Shown here: positions 21,013-40,837 of the stretch, piece after piece
Layout of the letters: the number at the start of each line of letters is the position of its first letter
Numbering within the stretch: position 1 is the first letter of the stretch
NCBI RefSeq assembly: GCF_009914755.1
Contig: NC_060947.1
Strand: one strand, 5' to 3'
Origin: the human T2T-CHM13v2.0 reference genome, Homo sapiens
DNA length: 64,000 bases
Made by a program: the position numbers and the translations under genes
Notes under the pieces: generated by a model
What the model was told of the DNA's origin: nothing
Database searches by the model: none
Seen by the model: the letters and a program-made list of their open reading frames with translations, nothing else

Positions 21013-21551
21013 GAGACAGTCTCTGTTGCCCAGGTTGGAGTGCAGTGGTGCGATCTTGGCTCACTGCAGCTTCCACTTCTGGGTTCAAGCAATTCTCCTG
21101 CCTCAGCCTCCCGAGTAGCTGGGATTACAGGCGTGAGCCCCCATGCCCAGCTAGTTTTTATTTTTATTTATTTATTTATTTATTTTTGAGACGGAGTCTT
21201 TCTGTGTCGCCAGACTGGAGTGCAGTGGTAGAGACGGGGTTTTACCATGTTGGCCAGGATGGTCTCGATCTCTTGACCTTGTGATCCGTCCGCCTCGGCC
21301 TCCCAAAGTGCTGGGATTACAGGCGTGAGCCACTGTGCCCGGCCTAGTTTTTATATTTTTAGTAGAGGTGGGCTTTTGCCATGTTGTATAGGCTGGTCTC
21401 GAACTCCTGGCCTCAAGTGATCTGCCCGCCTCAGCCTCCCAAAGTGCTGGGATTACAGGCATGAGCCTCCATGCCCGGCCATTTTCCTTGATTACTGAGT
21501 TTTTTGGCAGTCTCTTAAATTTTGCACTTGTCTCACTGTAGTCCTGGCCTT
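20681..21551 (+). mobile_element. MER96B-like hAT MITE containing nested Alus
   Basis: Ends CAGGGCTGGGACCAGGG and GTAGTCCTGGCCTT; inverted internal AAAACTCAGTAAT / ATTACTGAGTTTT. Confidence 0.65.
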
Positions 21552-21554
21552 TAA

Positions 21555-21725
21555 TAGGGGATCAGCAAACTTTTTCCACAAAGGGCTAGGTAGTAAATAT
21601 TTTCAGCTTTGCAAGCCATAGAGTTTCTGTTGATTCTGTTCTTCTATTACAGAAGCAAACGTAGACAATACGTGTGTAAATAGGTATGGTGGTGGGCCAG
21701 ATTTGGCCTAAGGGCTGACCTCTGT
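21555..21725 (+). mobile_element. MER58A-like hAT-Charlie MITE
   Basis: GGGGATCAGCAAACTTTTTCC...AAGGGC...GTAAATATTTT...GGTGGGCCAGATTTGGCC. Confidence 0.7.
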
Positions 21726-21897
21726 TTTAGATCATGACAATGTGAGCATGCGATTAAAAAAACAATTGTGACTCTGAATGAATACCATAGTTTTGTTAAA
21801 AGTGCTGCCATCTCTGCTTCAAATGGGCAATTCTAGTTTTTCAAGGTGTTAGAGGTATTTTTGGAAAATTGTTTTTTTTTTTCTCTTTTTTTTTTGA

Positions 21898-22209
<312 letters not shown>

Positions 22210-22543
22210 TAACGTGGTTTTTATAAGTCATTATAAGTTTTAGCTTTCAAATCAATGACATTCTCAGTATATACTCTCCACCATTATTCTATACCATATT
22301 CATTTTCATTGGATTTTGGAGTTTATCTTCCATTCTGCACATAACTAATTTAATTTGCTTTGTAATCTGCAGTGGTTTTCATCAGCTGGTGAACTTATTT
22401 CCAAGTTCTAGAAACGACAAGCCCTGTAACCATTTTATAGCAATAAGATTATTTCCTAAGTTGATTTAACTTTAAAAAATCTAAAACTAGCATGTGTAAG
22501 TAGTGATTTATGTTAAGGCTGATTGTTATTTCTCAATCATTAG

Positions 22544-22638
22544 ACATGTTTCCTTTGTTGACTGTCCTGGCCACGATATTTTGATGGCTACTATGCTGAA
22601 CGGTGCAGCAGTGATGGATGCAGCTCTTCTGTTGATAG
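22544..22638 (+). CDS. EIF2S3: EIF2S3 exon 5, G3 motif DCPGH
   Basis: [31 protein letters not shown]; tag/gtaaat splice sites. Confidence 0.98.
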
Positions 22639-23306
22639 GTAAATACCTCACAATTGGTTTGGACAAATCAATGTGGAACAAATCCAAGATGAAATATTTA
22701 AAGGGGAACTAAGGCCTTTAAGGATCATATCTATTACCTAAGGGTGACATGAATGGGAACTAACATGTCATCCAGGATGACTTTCCTACCTATCAGCTAT
22801 CACAAAATACTCAAAAAGATAGACTTGGGGCTGATAGCTTGCGAGAATTCTTGTGGTAGCATTTGAGAAAAAGAAAAAAAGTCAATAGTTCATTTTTCTC
22901 ATTTAAATCACATGAGGTGATTTATTTAGTTTTAAATGTATGTGTAAAACTATTTGTGTTATGGTTTGTGTGTGTGTATGTCTGAACTGTCTACTGTGGA
23001 AGTATTTAAGATACAAATATTCATAATACGTGCTGAAGTGTAGGAATAAGTGGAGTTTTGAAGGGTAGCGTATGCTTTGTTTCTTATGTTAGCTGTTGAG
23101 AGATTTCATTACTAGGGGGTAAAATTTTTTAAAAGCTGCTGGTGCGGTGGCTCACGCCTGTAATCCTAGCACTTTGGGAGGCTGAGGTCGGCGGATCACC
23201 TGAGGTCAGGAGTTTGAGACCAGCCTGACCAACATGGAGAAACCCCCTCTCTACTAAAAATACAAAATTAGCCGGGTGTGGTGGCGCATGCTTGTAATCC
23301 CATCTA

Positions 23307-23402
<96 letters not shown>

Positions 23403-23405
23403 TCA

Positions 23406-24039
<634 letters not shown>

Positions 24040-24872
24040 TTAAAGCATGCCATGTTGGTATAGTCAGGACACTTGAATATCACGACTTGAGGAGGTTGAT
24101 CATTAGAGTGCTCAACAAAACATGCCTATTTCTTTATAATACACTGTTGGTTATCTTCACAATAGCATTCTTCCCTCCCTCAGTTGAAGAGTAGCCTCTG
24201 ATATTAGTAAAAATTCATAGACAGTATTAAGTGCTTTTCCCTTTTAATTACTCTCTACTTCTCAGGAGCTTGCCTGGGCCAGAACATTTCTAAAACTGGA
24301 GAGAGTTAGAGGGCTATACCTCATACCTGAGCAAAAGCTGAGTGCAGACCCTGAGAAAAGCCAAACTTGCTGATTTTAAGCTTCTTGCTTAGGACCAGGA
24401 TTGGGAGCCACACAATTGGGAGGTTCCAGTGAATGCAGGCAACAGAGGATGAAGCAGGGCCAAAAGGTGGATACCTGGCAATAATATCTTCCTTATTAGG
24501 GTTAGAACATTCAGAAGTCTCCTTTATTAGATGCCAACTTTTTTTGGGGCGGGGAGTGGGTGGCAAAAGAGACTCATAAAATGTACCATTTTATGTATTT
24601 ACAGGGTACAATTTAGTGGCATTAAGCACATTGACAATTTTCTACAACATAGTGGTTGTCATTTCACCACTATCTAGTTCCAGAACTTTTGTATCAGAAC
24701 TTTTGTATCACCGCAAAAGGAAACCCCATGCCCATGAAGCGTCAGTCCACATGTTTTCCTCCCCCAGCCCCTTGCAACCCATAATTTGCTTTGTCTCTTT
24801 ATGGATTTGCCCGCCTATTCTGGATATTTCCAGCTATTCTTATATGCATCTTTTTTATTCTTCATCAACTAG

Positions 24873-25031
24873 CTGGTAATGAATCTTGCCCTCAGCCTCA
24901 GACATCGGAACACCTGGCTGCTATAGAGATCATGAAACTGAAGCATATTTTGATTCTACAAAATAAAATTGATTTGGTAAAAGAAAGTCAGGCTAAAGAA
25001 CAATACGAGCAGATCCTTGCATTTGTCCAAG
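24873..25031 (+). CDS. EIF2S3: EIF2S3 exon 6, QTSEH and G4 motif NKID
   Basis: [53 protein letters not shown]; ctag/gtaaga. Confidence 0.98.
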
Positions 25032-25539
25032 GTAAGAAGCCATAATATGAAATAAATCTATGAATCACTTTGAGAGGCATTTACTCTGGATACCAGATGT
25101 TAAATTAACTTTTAATATATTATCTAAAACAAGGTAAACTTACAAGTCTTAAGCCTTATCGCCCTACCTTTTGCTTGTTAGTAACCTGATATAACTAATG
25201 AAACCTGTGATTCTGAATTTAATATACTAAAGTATATTTTTGCTGGCAGCAAGTTAGAACTGAGGTTGTTTTCTGGAAACTTTATCAATCAGATTAAAAA
25301 AAATCTCAGTGACAGTAAAATGAATAAAATAATTTTAAAAAACCTTGTCTTACAGTATTTGTTACTGAACAGCTTTCAGATTTGGAAGTGACAGTGATTA
25401 TTTAATCTCTAGAGTGTCGGCCGGGCATGGTGGCTCACACCTGTAATCCCAGCACTTTGGGAGGCTGAGGCAGGTGGATCATCTGAGGTCGGAAGTTCGA
25501 GACCAGCCTGACCAACACGGAGAAACCCCATCTCTACTA

Positions 25540-25698
<159 letters not shown>

Positions 25699-26657
25699 TC
25701 AAATAAATAAATAATAAATCTCTAGAGTGTCCCTTCTCTAATAGCATAATGTTTTTCATTTCAGAGGAGATGTGATTTATTGTTGACATTTTCTCTCTCA
25801 GTCTTGTTTTTCTTTTTAGAAAGGTTAATTTCTTATGAACTCAGTTCTGTCATCACGAGAAGTAATAAGTGAATTTGATTAAAGTCTAATTGTGTTTGGT
25901 CTATTTCTTTGACTAGCTTGTTTGACGTATAATCAATACGTAGCAAATATATGTGGTTGGGCGTGGTAGCTCACACTTGTAATACCAAGACTTTAGGAGG
26001 CTGAGGCGGGTGGGTCACTTGAGTCCAGGGGTTCAAGACCAACCTGGGCCACGTGGTAAAACTCTGTCAATACAAAAAATTAGCTGGGCTTGGTGGCACA
26101 CACCTGTGTTCCCAGCTATTATGTAGGAGGCTGAAGTGGGAGGATCGCTTGGGCCTGGGAAGTGGAGGTTGCAACAAGCCGTGATTATGCCACTGCAGTC
26201 TAGCCTGGGTGACAAAGCGAGACCCTATCTCCAAAAAAAAAAAGTATATATGCCAGCAGTCTTTGATTAGCAGAGTCTGTAATTTTATCTTGACATTTAT
26301 TGGGAGATTAATTACATGTTGTTAGAAGTTTTTTCAACTAGTAGAGTGCTCTTTCACAGGAATGTTAGTATTTTCTTTATTTAAATAAGTTTATCATTGT
26401 ACTAATATTAAGTATGTCTACTAATATAATGTAACAAATTTTCTCTTACAGGGATTTGTATTCATTTTCAGGAGTAAAAACAAACAATATTGCCATCTTT
26501 CTAAACAGAATTATCCACTTTCCACTTGTTGCTGACATTTATATGGGGTTTAGGCATCTATTTTATTATAGTAATCTTAATTGTTTTATGTAACAGATAC
26601 ATAGAATAAATTTTATAAAACTGTATAATTTTGATCTTTCTAAATTTTGTCATATAG

Positions 26658-26792
26658 GTACAGTAGCAGAGGGAGCTCCCATTATTCCAATTTCAGCTCA
26701 GCTGAAATACAATATTGAAGTTGTTTGTGAGTACATAGTAAAGAAAATTCCAGTACCCCCAAGAGACTTTACTTCAGAGCCCCGGCTTATTG
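26658..26792 (+). CDS. EIF2S3: EIF2S3 exon 7, G5 motif SAQ
   Basis: [45 protein letters not shown]; atag/gtaagt. Confidence 0.97.
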
Positions 26793-26956
26793 GTAAGTGA
26801 TAGGATTTGCCTTTAACTCTTAATCTGATCTTTTCCACATTGGTGATTCCTCTTCAAGGATGTTTATTAATATTTCCTCTTTCTGCAGAGGTGATAATTC
26901 ATACAATTTTTTTGAAATCAATTCTGAGATTGTATTGGCAGTGCTAGATTGTATTA

Positions 26957-27405
<449 letters not shown>

Positions 27406-28454
27406 CTAAAACATTTACAGATGATTTTGTTGTTCAATTAACGAAGAACTGATACTGGTATAATTTGATCACCTAGGCTTGTGGTTCCTACACGGGGATG
27501 TAGTAGCCTTCTCGAAACAGACATTTGAGCTCCTCTGGCTTTCATCCGAGCTTCTGGTGTTTAGTAGGAAATAGTCTCCGAAGTGCAGGTCATGTAGTCC
27601 TAGTGTTTTATAGTTATAAAGCTGAATTGTTCTTACAGGAGTTACAGAGGTCTATAAAGAAAATGTCCATAATCTCTCTGTCTTCAAGTTCTAGTTCCTT
27701 AGCCCTAAAGTCAGCAAAGTTAACATTTGGTGTCCATTATTCCCACACTTTTCTCTTTGTTCATATCATCGTGTATAAACATATACACAGGCTGGGCATG
27801 GTGGCTTTCACCTGTAATCCCAGCACTTTGGGAGGCTGACGCTGAGGTGAGAGGATTGCTTGAGGCTAGGAGTTCAGGACCATCCTGGGCATTAAGGGAA
27901 GACCCCATTTCTACAAAAAATAAAATATTACAGCTGGGTGCAGTGGTGTGTACCTGTAGTCCGAGCTACTCGGTAGGCTGAGGCAGGAAGATTGAGCCCA
28001 GGAATTTGAGGCTGCAGTGAGCTATGATTGTGCCACTGCACTCCAGCCTCTATGATAGAGGGAAAAAAAAATCCATATACAGACATTGATTATTTTATTT
28101 TTCTTTATGGAAGTGGGATTATATTATGCGTGTAATTTTTATAACTTTTCTTAACAGTATGTGAGGGTCATCCTTCCAGATCATTACATATAGCTCTAAC
28201 ATTGTTAATAGCTGCGTGATGCTCTATAATACTGGTATACCCTATATGCCACTTATTAATAAACTTAAGTTACTTTCATTTTTTCCATCATAAGTAAGAC
28301 TGCTTAATCATTGGAATAATAATAGATTTTGTTAAAAAGGCACCCCTTTGGTATAAATCTCAAATGGCCACTATTTTAGAAACATTAACATGGAAAATAA
28401 TATTTCTTCTAAAGTTAAGATTAACAGAACTGACTTTAATTTGTTTTATTTTAG

Positions 28455-28549
28455 TTATTAGATCTTTTGATGTCAACAAACCTGGCTGTGAAGTTGATGA
28501 CCTTAAGGGAGGTGTAGCTGGTGGTAGTATCCTAAAAGGAGTATTAAAG
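28455..28549 (+). CDS. EIF2S3: EIF2S3 exon 8, start of domain II
   Basis: [32 protein letters not shown]; ttag/gtaaaa. Confidence 0.97.
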
Positions 28550-28734
28550 GTAAAATGGGTTTTGGTTGTTGTGATTTTGGGTTTTTTTTTTTTTGTTGTT
28601 TGTTTGTTTGTTTTATCCTTGTCTTAATCAGGAAAAAAAGTATGGACAATCCAAATTGAAAAATAAAATTTTTTCCATGGTTTCTGGTATTTGATGTAGA
28701 GTTCTCTTTTTTAATATTCTTTTTTTCTCTCTTC

Positions 28735-29520
28735 AAACTTCACTCCTCCCACCCTTCTAGACCTCTGAATCCACAATCTACCTTCATGAGATCCACCTTT
28801 TTAGCTTCCACATATACAGATGAGTGAGAATGTGTGATATTTGTCTTTTTGTGCCTGGCTTATTTTACTTAACAAAATGGCCTCCAATTCTAGATGTGCT
28901 GCTGCAAATGGCAGAATTTTTTTTTATGGCTGCATAATACTTCATTGCATATATATATATGCTGCCATTGCTTTTCTTTTCTTTTTTTTTTTTTTTCTTG
29001 AGGCGGAGTCTTGCTGTTTCGCCCAAGCTGGAGCGATCTCAGCTCACTGCAACCTTCACCTCCTGGGTTCAAGCGATTCTCCCTGCCCCAGCCTCCCAAG
29101 TAGCTGGGATTACAAGCACCCCCCACCATGCCCAGCTAATTTTTGTATTTGTAGTAAAGACAGGGTTTCACCATGTTGGCCAGGCTGGTCTTGAACTCCT
29201 TACCTCAAGTGATCCACCCGCCTCGGCCTCCCAAAGTGTTGGGATTATAGGCGTGAGCCACTTTGCCCGGCCTATATACTGCATTTTCTTTATCCATTCA
29301 TCTGTTCATGGGCACTTAGGTTGATTCCATGTTTGGCTATTGTGAACTGTGCTACAATAAACATGGGAGTGCAGATACCTCTTTGATAATATTGCTTCCC
29401 TTTCTGGTGAATGTATACCCACTAGTGAAACTGATGGATCATATGGTAGCTCTATTTTCAGGTTTTCAAGGAACCTCCATACTGTTCTCCATGGTAGCTA
29501 TACTAATTTACATGCTCTGA
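28735..29520 (-). mobile_element. L1MA-type fragment in intron 8 with Alu insertion
   Basis: Antisense L1 motifs ATGAGTGAGAATGTGTGATATTTGTCTTT and TTATCCATTCATCTGTT...CACTTAGGTTGATTCCAT. Confidence 0.75.
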
Positions 29521-30424
29521 TAATAGTTTTTTTTTTGTTTTGTTTTTTGAGCACAGTGGCATGATCTTGACTCACTGCAACCTCCACCTCCTGGGTTCAG
29601 GTGATGATTCTCCTGCCACAGCCTCCCGACTTGCTGGGGCTACAGGCACTCGCAACCTCGCCCAGCTAATTTTTTTGGTAGAGATGGGGTTTTGCCATAT
29701 TGGCCAGGCTGGTCTCTTAACTCCTGACCTCAGGTGATCTGCCTGCCTCAGCCTCCCAAAGTGCTGGGATTACAGGCATAAGCCACCACGCCCAGCTATA
29801 TTTCTTTGTTTTCTGTTATGTCTTTTGAATGTGTCTGACTTGAAAATTTATAGACTTGTAAGTATGGAGCACATTTGATGTGGTAATAGACTTGTGTGGT
29901 GGGTAGTTAACAACAGTTGGATGGTTCTGGTTTTGACAGTCTCGTTCACATCTTTTTTTTTTTTTTTTTTTTTAAGAATAATGATCTTTGAAATACAGGA
30001 ATGATTGCCTTTTCAGTTTTATGGTCTTCCGGTTGGACCTTTATTATTATTTTATTTTATTTTATTTTTGAGACAGAGTCTCTCTTTGTCACCCAGGCTG
30101 GAGTGCAGTGGTGCGATCTCGGTTCACTGCAACCTCTGCCTCCCAGGTTCTAGCAATTCTGCCGCAGCCTCCTGAGTAGCAGGGATTACAGGTGCGTGCC
30201 ACCACACCTGGCTAATTTTTGTGTTTTTAGTAGAGACGGGGTTTCACTATGTTGGCTGGGCTGGTCTCGAACTCCTGACCTCAGGTGATCCACCCGCCTC
30301 GGCCTCCCAAAATGCTAGGATTACACATGTGAGCCACCGCACCCAGTCCCTGTTGGAACTTTTGATAGGTAAATGATAATTTTGCGTAACACAGTAATTC
30401 TAATTACTAATTATATGTTTACAG

Positions 30425-30569
30425 GTGGGCCAGGAGATAGAAGTAAGACCTGGTATTGTTTCCAAAGATAGTGAAGGAAAACTCATGTGTAAACCAATCT
30501 TTTCCAAAATTGTATCACTTTTTGCGGAGCATAATGATCTGCAATATGCTGCTCCAGGCGGTCTTATTG
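30425..30569 (+). CDS. EIF2S3: EIF2S3 exon 9
   Basis: [48 protein letters not shown]; acag/gtaagg. Confidence 0.97.
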
Positions 30570-30821
30570 GTAAGGATTTTTTTCTCATCTCTTTTAATTT
30601 GTGGCTATTTGTGGTACTTTTCATGGGGGATGGATTACCAAAAGGGACATATTACAGATTTTTAATTGGGTATTTTAATAATAGAGTAGGGTGGGGAACA
30701 ATCATGTGGTTAAGCTCTTGTTTTAGGTTATAAGATGGTTTCATGGGTTTGTAAAAATTATTTTTAAACACAAAGGATACATTTTGATCAAATATAGAGT
30801 AACTCCTTTTTAGCAATATAA

Positions 30822-31125
<304 letters not shown>

Positions 31126-31553
31126 TGAACTCCTGAGCTCAGGCAGTCCCCCTGCCTCGGCCTTTCAAAGTGCTAGGATTACAGGCGTGAACCACCATGC
31201 CCGGCCATGGTTGCTTTTATGTATATTTTGCAGATGGAAAATTACCTACAAATGTCAGTTGAATGATGTCAGGTCGTATTTCCAATGAGGTAGAAATAAA
31301 AGAAAGTAAATTTCTTTGTGTAGCAATTACTGAAGTGATTTAAAAACTTTTCTAGTCCCTTACAACTTAGTGTATTACTCAATACCCAGAAAAATGAAAG
31401 ATTCAGTGAGAATTAGAAGGGGTGTTGTACCTTTAGATTAAAGAAGAAAATGTTTGGTAAAGAAACAGTTAATTCTTCACCCAATAAGTTGTGTCTCTGG
31501 TTGAAAATTTTAAAAAGGAAATAAAAGAAAACAAAAAAATGAAAAAGAGTTTA

Positions 31554-31790
<237 letters not shown>

Positions 31791-32117
31791 TCACACCAGT
31801 GCACTCCAGCCTGGGTGACAGAGTGACACTCTGTCTCAAAAAAAAAAAAAAAACAAGAAGAAAAGAAAAGAAAAAATGAATTTACCAGGTTGGGTATGGT
31901 GGCTCATGCTCATAATTCCAGTGCTTTGGGAAGCTGAGGTGGGAAGATTGCTTGAGACCAGGAGTTTGAGACCAGCCTAGGAAACCATGAGTTGCCATTT
32001 CTCCAATAAAATAGTAAGATTAGCTGGGTTTGGTGGTGTGTGCCTGTAGTTCCATCTATCATTTTATCCTTTGTGTGCATGTGTGTGGTAAACAAGGGAA
32101 ATCTGGAAACTTTTTAA

Positions 32118-32612
<495 letters not shown>

Positions 32613-32901
32613 TGAGGTCAGGAGTTCGAAAAACCCTGTCTCTACTAAAAATACAAAAAAAAAAAAAAATTTAGTCAGGTGTGGTGGCACATGCCTGTAA
32701 TCCCAGCCTGTAATCCCAGGTCACAGTGAGCCGAGATCACACCACTGCACTCCAGCCTGGGCGACAGAGACTGTGTCTCAACAACAGCAGCAAAAAAAAG
32801 TTTTCCCAATCAATCTTGCTCCATCTATATATCTTCTTTCCCCTACTCCCCTCAAGACACAGCTAGAATATTTTGAAGTAGATCCCAGGAATCATATGTA
32901 G

Positions 32902-33078
<177 letters not shown>

Positions 33079-33606
33079 TAGTAGAGATTGGGTTTTGCCA
33101 TGTTGGCTAGACTTGTCTTGAACTCCTGACCTTAGGTAATCCTCCAACTTGGGCCTCCCCAAGTGCTGGGATTATAAGTGTGAGCCACTGCGCCTGGCCC
33201 ATATGTAGTCTTTAACTATCTTTTCAATCAGTCTTTCAGGGGAGAAATGGCATGCAGGTATTCTGCAAACTACTCATTTTGAATTTTGTATTCTTTCAGT
33301 CTTTGTTAAGGATATTCGGACTCATTTTGAGTTCACTTATTATCTCTATTTGCCCTTTGTTTAGAATTTATTGTTTTCAAGACCAGGTCAGTAATACTTA
33401 CCATCTCCTGCATTAAGTTCTCAGCCAAGCCATCATTCCTAGAAAATCAGATTTCTAAACCCTTTGTTTAGAATTTAAATCAAGAGAATCGTTCTGTTCT
33501 CATTTGCCCAGTCATCTCATGAGTGTATATTTCTATTTGTCTAGATAAAACAGGTATTTTCTTGTACCTATATAGCTATTATATGAGTATAAAAATAAAA
33601 GTATGA

Positions 33607-33873
<267 letters not shown>

Positions 33874-34020
33874 TAACTCCTGAGCTCAGGCATCCACCTG
33901 CCTCGGCCTCCCAAAGTGCTGGGATTACAGGTGTGAGCCACTGCACCTGGCCAACTAATTCACTTTATAGGTGTTTTAGGAAATAAAAAATTGAGCTATA
34001 TACATCTTATTTTTATATAG

Positions 34021-34190
34021 GAGTTGGAACAAAAATTGACCCCACTTTGTGCCGGGCTGACAGAATGGTGGGGCAAGTACTTGGTGCAGTCGGAGCTTTA
34101 CCTGAGATATTCACAGAATTGGAAATTTCCTATTTCCTGCTTAGACGGCTTCTAGGTGTACGCACTGAAGGAGACAAGAAAGCAGCAAAG
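34021..34190 (+). CDS. EIF2S3: EIF2S3 exon 10
   Basis: [22 protein letters not shown]...[16 protein letters not shown]; atag/gtaaat. Confidence 0.97.
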
Positions 34191-35553
34191 GTAAATGCTT
34201 TTTTAAAAATTCCTGTTTCTAAAAAAGTGACAAATGGGAGTGTTAAACCAGTGTTGAGTTTTATTGTTTTACAGTTAACATGAAATTAAGAAAAAAAGAA
34301 AAGGTAAATAAATTTGACCTCCCCAAAATTGAGGGTTTTTTTTTTTTTAATTTAGAGATGGAGTCTCCCGCTCTGTTGCCCAGGCTGGAGTGCAGTGGCG
34401 CGATCTCGGCTCACGGCAACCTCCACCTCCTGGGTTCAAGCAATTCTCTTGCCTCGGTTTCCCAAGTATATGGGACTACAGGCACGCACCAGCACGCCCA
34501 GCTAATTTTTGTATATTTTAGTAGAGATGGGGTTTCACTATATGTTAGCCAGGCTGGACTTGACCTCCTGACCTCAAGTGATCCGCCCGCCTCGGCCTCC
34601 CAAAGTGCTGAGATTACAGGCATGAGCCACTGCGTCCGGCCAAAATTGAGAACTATATGGCAGTTAGTTTAAGAAAGAAACTTAATAAACAGGGAAAAGT
34701 ATTAGCCATTTATGACAAAGACATGATATTCCTAAAATCCATATTTTTGTTTTGTTGTTTATTTTGAGACAGAGTCTTGCTCTGTTGCCCAGGCTGGAGT
34801 GCAGTGGTGCGATCTCGACTCACAGCAGCCTCGATCTCCCAGCTCAAGCCATCCTCCCACCTTAACCTCCTGAGTTGCTGGGACTACAGGTGTGGGTCAC
34901 CACGCCTGGCTAATTTTGTATTTTTTGTAGAGACGGAGTTTTGCCGCATTACCCAGGCTGATCTCCAACTCCTGGGCTTGAGCAATCTGCCCACCCCAGC
35001 CTCCGAAAATGCTGGGATTAACAGGTGTGATCCACTGCGCCCAGCTTCATGATTTTTAAAAAATGTCCCAGATTAGGTTGGCAGAGATGGGAAATTGCTG
35101 ACACCTAGTGTTGGCAAAGATTGAGGAAAATAAGCTATCATGCTTTTTTTTCCCCCCACTCAGGTGATCTGCCTTCCTCGGCCTCCCAATGTGCTGGGAT
35201 TACAGGCGTGTGCCACTGCGCCTGGCCCATATTAACTCTTATATAGCCATAGTCCTTCATGCTCCCCTCTTTGGGAAATTTTGTACCTCATTTGTACTAG
35301 GTAACTGCTTCAGAATTTTAAGAGGTACTCTGGTACGGTTACTACCCTATTTTTTAAAGGTAGATCTTGTGTAAATTCAGTGGGTGCCAAATAAACTATA
35401 CTATATATAGTTCAAATTCCTTTACAATGAAATTTCTATAGAATTTTTTTTATGATTGACATATTTCCCAATAGTATTTGGTAAATTCTTACTTACATTT
35501 GGAAAGCATTTTCTTGATTTTGGGGTTTATTTTTCCCTAATTTATTTTTCTAG

Positions 35554-35726
35554 GTTCAAAAGCTGTCTAAGAATGAAGTGCTCATGGTGAACATAGGATC
35601 CCTGTCAACAGGAGGGAGAGTTAGTGCTGTCAAGGCCGATTTGGGTAAAATTGTTTTGACCAATCCAGTGTGCACAGAGGTAGGAGAAAAAATTGCCCTT
35701 AGCCGAAGAGTTGAAAAACACTGGCG
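35554..35726 (+). CDS. EIF2S3: EIF2S3 exon 11, domain III
   Basis: [23 protein letters not shown]...[13 protein letters not shown]; ctag/gtaagt. Confidence 0.97.
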
Positions 35727-35992
35727 GTAAGTTTGTTAGTCTTTGCCACTGTCTAATTAAAAAAAGACACAGTCTTGTACAGAAAAAAAAGCACACAATC
35801 TTCCTTGAGGACAACAGTTACTGTGGCTTTCAGTCTCAACTATTTATTTGGATGACTTTGAAAACTATACTTCGGCCGGGTGCGGTGGCTCACGCCTGTA
35901 ATCCCAGCACTTTGGGAGGCCTAGGCGGGTGGATCATGAGGTCAGGAGATCAAGACCATCCTGGCTAACATGGTGAAACCCCGTCTCTACTA

Positions 35993-36163
<171 letters not shown>

Positions 36164-36289
36164 CTACAACCTTGACTATAGTCCCATATTTTAGTCCAAA
36201 TACTGTGATTGGCTTCTCTTCCTGTTAGACACAACCTATGCAAAACCAAATGAATTTGGGTTCGGTATTTCTATCGTCATTGGCTTTGG

Positions 36290-37830
<1,541 letters not shown>

Positions 37831-38634
37831 ACACATTTTTGGCTCCTGACTTTTTGCTCTTTCCCAGGTTATTGAGTTTGCCCCTTGCTTTCCATTCCTC
37901 GTCACCTCATCACAGTCCATACCACCATCACTTTACACTTCACAGTTAGTGCGAAAGACTCCTAGTTTGCCTCTTAACTTGGTCAAAATTAGTCTTCTTA
38001 AAACATTTTCATCATGCTGTGTTTAATAATTTCTAGAGTCTTCTCACTACTTTTTGATATTTGGGACTTTTCTAGAAACCTGCTTCAACCCATTTAAGCT
38101 TTCCTTCTGCATTGTCTTATATAAACCCTCTAAATTAGACTGTTTTGTGCCCTAACTGTCCCCATAATTATTCACATCACCCCTACCCACTATCTACTTC
38201 CTTAATTATTTATTTTATATTTTTTAGAGGCAGGGTCTCTCTGTTGACCAGGCTGGAGTTTAGTGGCATGATCATAGCTCACTGCAGCCTCAGTGTCTAA
38301 GTAGCTAGGACTATTGGCTCACACCACCGTGATCAGCTAATTTTTTTGTTTTTTGTAGACACTTGGTCTCACTGTGTTGCCCAGCATGATCTCAAACTCC
38401 TGGCCTCAAGCCATCCTCCCACCTCAGCCTCTCAAAGTGTTGGGATTACAGACATGAGCCACCCCGCCCAGCCCTGTTTCCTTTATTAAGGCTTCCATGC
38501 TACTGTGCCCACGATGGTCTCATCACTTGTCCAGGAGATTTATCTGAATTATTGCCCTGTAATTTAGAAAGTTAAATTTTTGTTGTCTCTTAAGTAAATA
38601 ATTATTTGTGGTGACTTATGCCCTTTTGATTTTA

Positions 38635-39036
<402 letters not shown>

Positions 39037-39191
39037 CTAAGAATATAGTGTGGGCTTTCTTTATGGAGGAGCAGGCTTTGGGAACAAATTTGAATTCAGA
39101 AGATAAGCAGGTAAAATTTATCACAAGATTGTGTGGTAATGAGAGTGAAGTGGATGTAAGATTTATGATTTCTTTTATTTTCATTTTGCAG

Positions 39192-39255
39192 TTTAATTGG
39201 TTGGGGTCAGATAAGAAGAGGAGTGACAATCAAGCCAACAGTAGATGATGACTGA
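39192..39255 (+). CDS. EIF2S3: EIF2S3 exon 12 coding part ([20 protein letters not shown])
   Basis: ttttgcag acceptor; TGA at 39253-39255 completes 472 aa. Confidence 0.97.
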
Positions 39256-39497
39256 AGAATACCAGTTAAATAATACATTCGGATGGATTTGGAAGTTGGA
39301 ATTCCTCTTAACAACCAAGGGGTTTATTTTCAAAGCAATATTGGGGAATTGATTTCACAGTTCGTTACCTTAGTAGGTAACGGTAAGGTTATTCTTTTTT
39401 TTTTTTTTTTTTTTTTTGGTTATGAAAACTTAGGGACTAAAATTAATATAAAAATTGGCATAATGTTGGATTGAATCTACATTTTGGCAGAAGTTAA

Positions 39498-39835
<338 letters not shown>

Positions 39836-39915
39836 CACATCATACAGTTTGAAATGAAACTTTGCCACAACCAGCCTTTGCTGTAGCACACACATATATC
39901 ACTGAACCTGTTTGA

Positions 39916-39921
39916 AATAAA
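39916..39921 (+). terminator. Proximal polyadenylation signal AATAAA (candidate)
   Basis: AATAAA ~660 nt after the stop, followed by T-rich sequence. Confidence 0.55.
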
Positions 39922-40448
39922 GTTTTTTTTCTTTTTCATGATTCGTCTTTGAGTACCTCCAGGCTGAAAGACTGTTGTACCAGTAAAAACTTAAAGGCAC
40001 AAATTCTCCTTGAAGACCTTCTCCCTTTTATGTGGCCCCATATTTTATGTTGCTTTATCTTTGAAATTTTGCATGAAAAGGAAATGAATGGATTCGAATG
40101 AAATTGTCCTTTAGAGCATGATTACTTGTTCCCATGGACAAATATTTTTCTCCCCTTGCTCTTCCTGGCCTGAAACACGGGAAACCAGAGTCAAAAGTTA
40201 TCTCCCTCTCCCTGTGATGCCTTGAGATTTTTTTCTGCGTTGTTTAATGCCTGAAATCCAAGTCTTCCTCCATGGGAAAATACTGTTATACCAAATAATT
40301 CTAGATGAGTAACAAAGATCTTTTTAGGCCTTCATTTTATGTTTTTTCTTAACTGTTATATTATGATTGTGACATAGATTATACTACTACTAATTTTTGG
40401 ATGTTTCAAAAGGTCAAGAAGTAAAAGATGTTAGAAAGCAATGAGTGA

Positions 40449-40820
<372 letters not shown>

Positions 40821-40837
40821 TAAGAGGTTCTGTTGAG

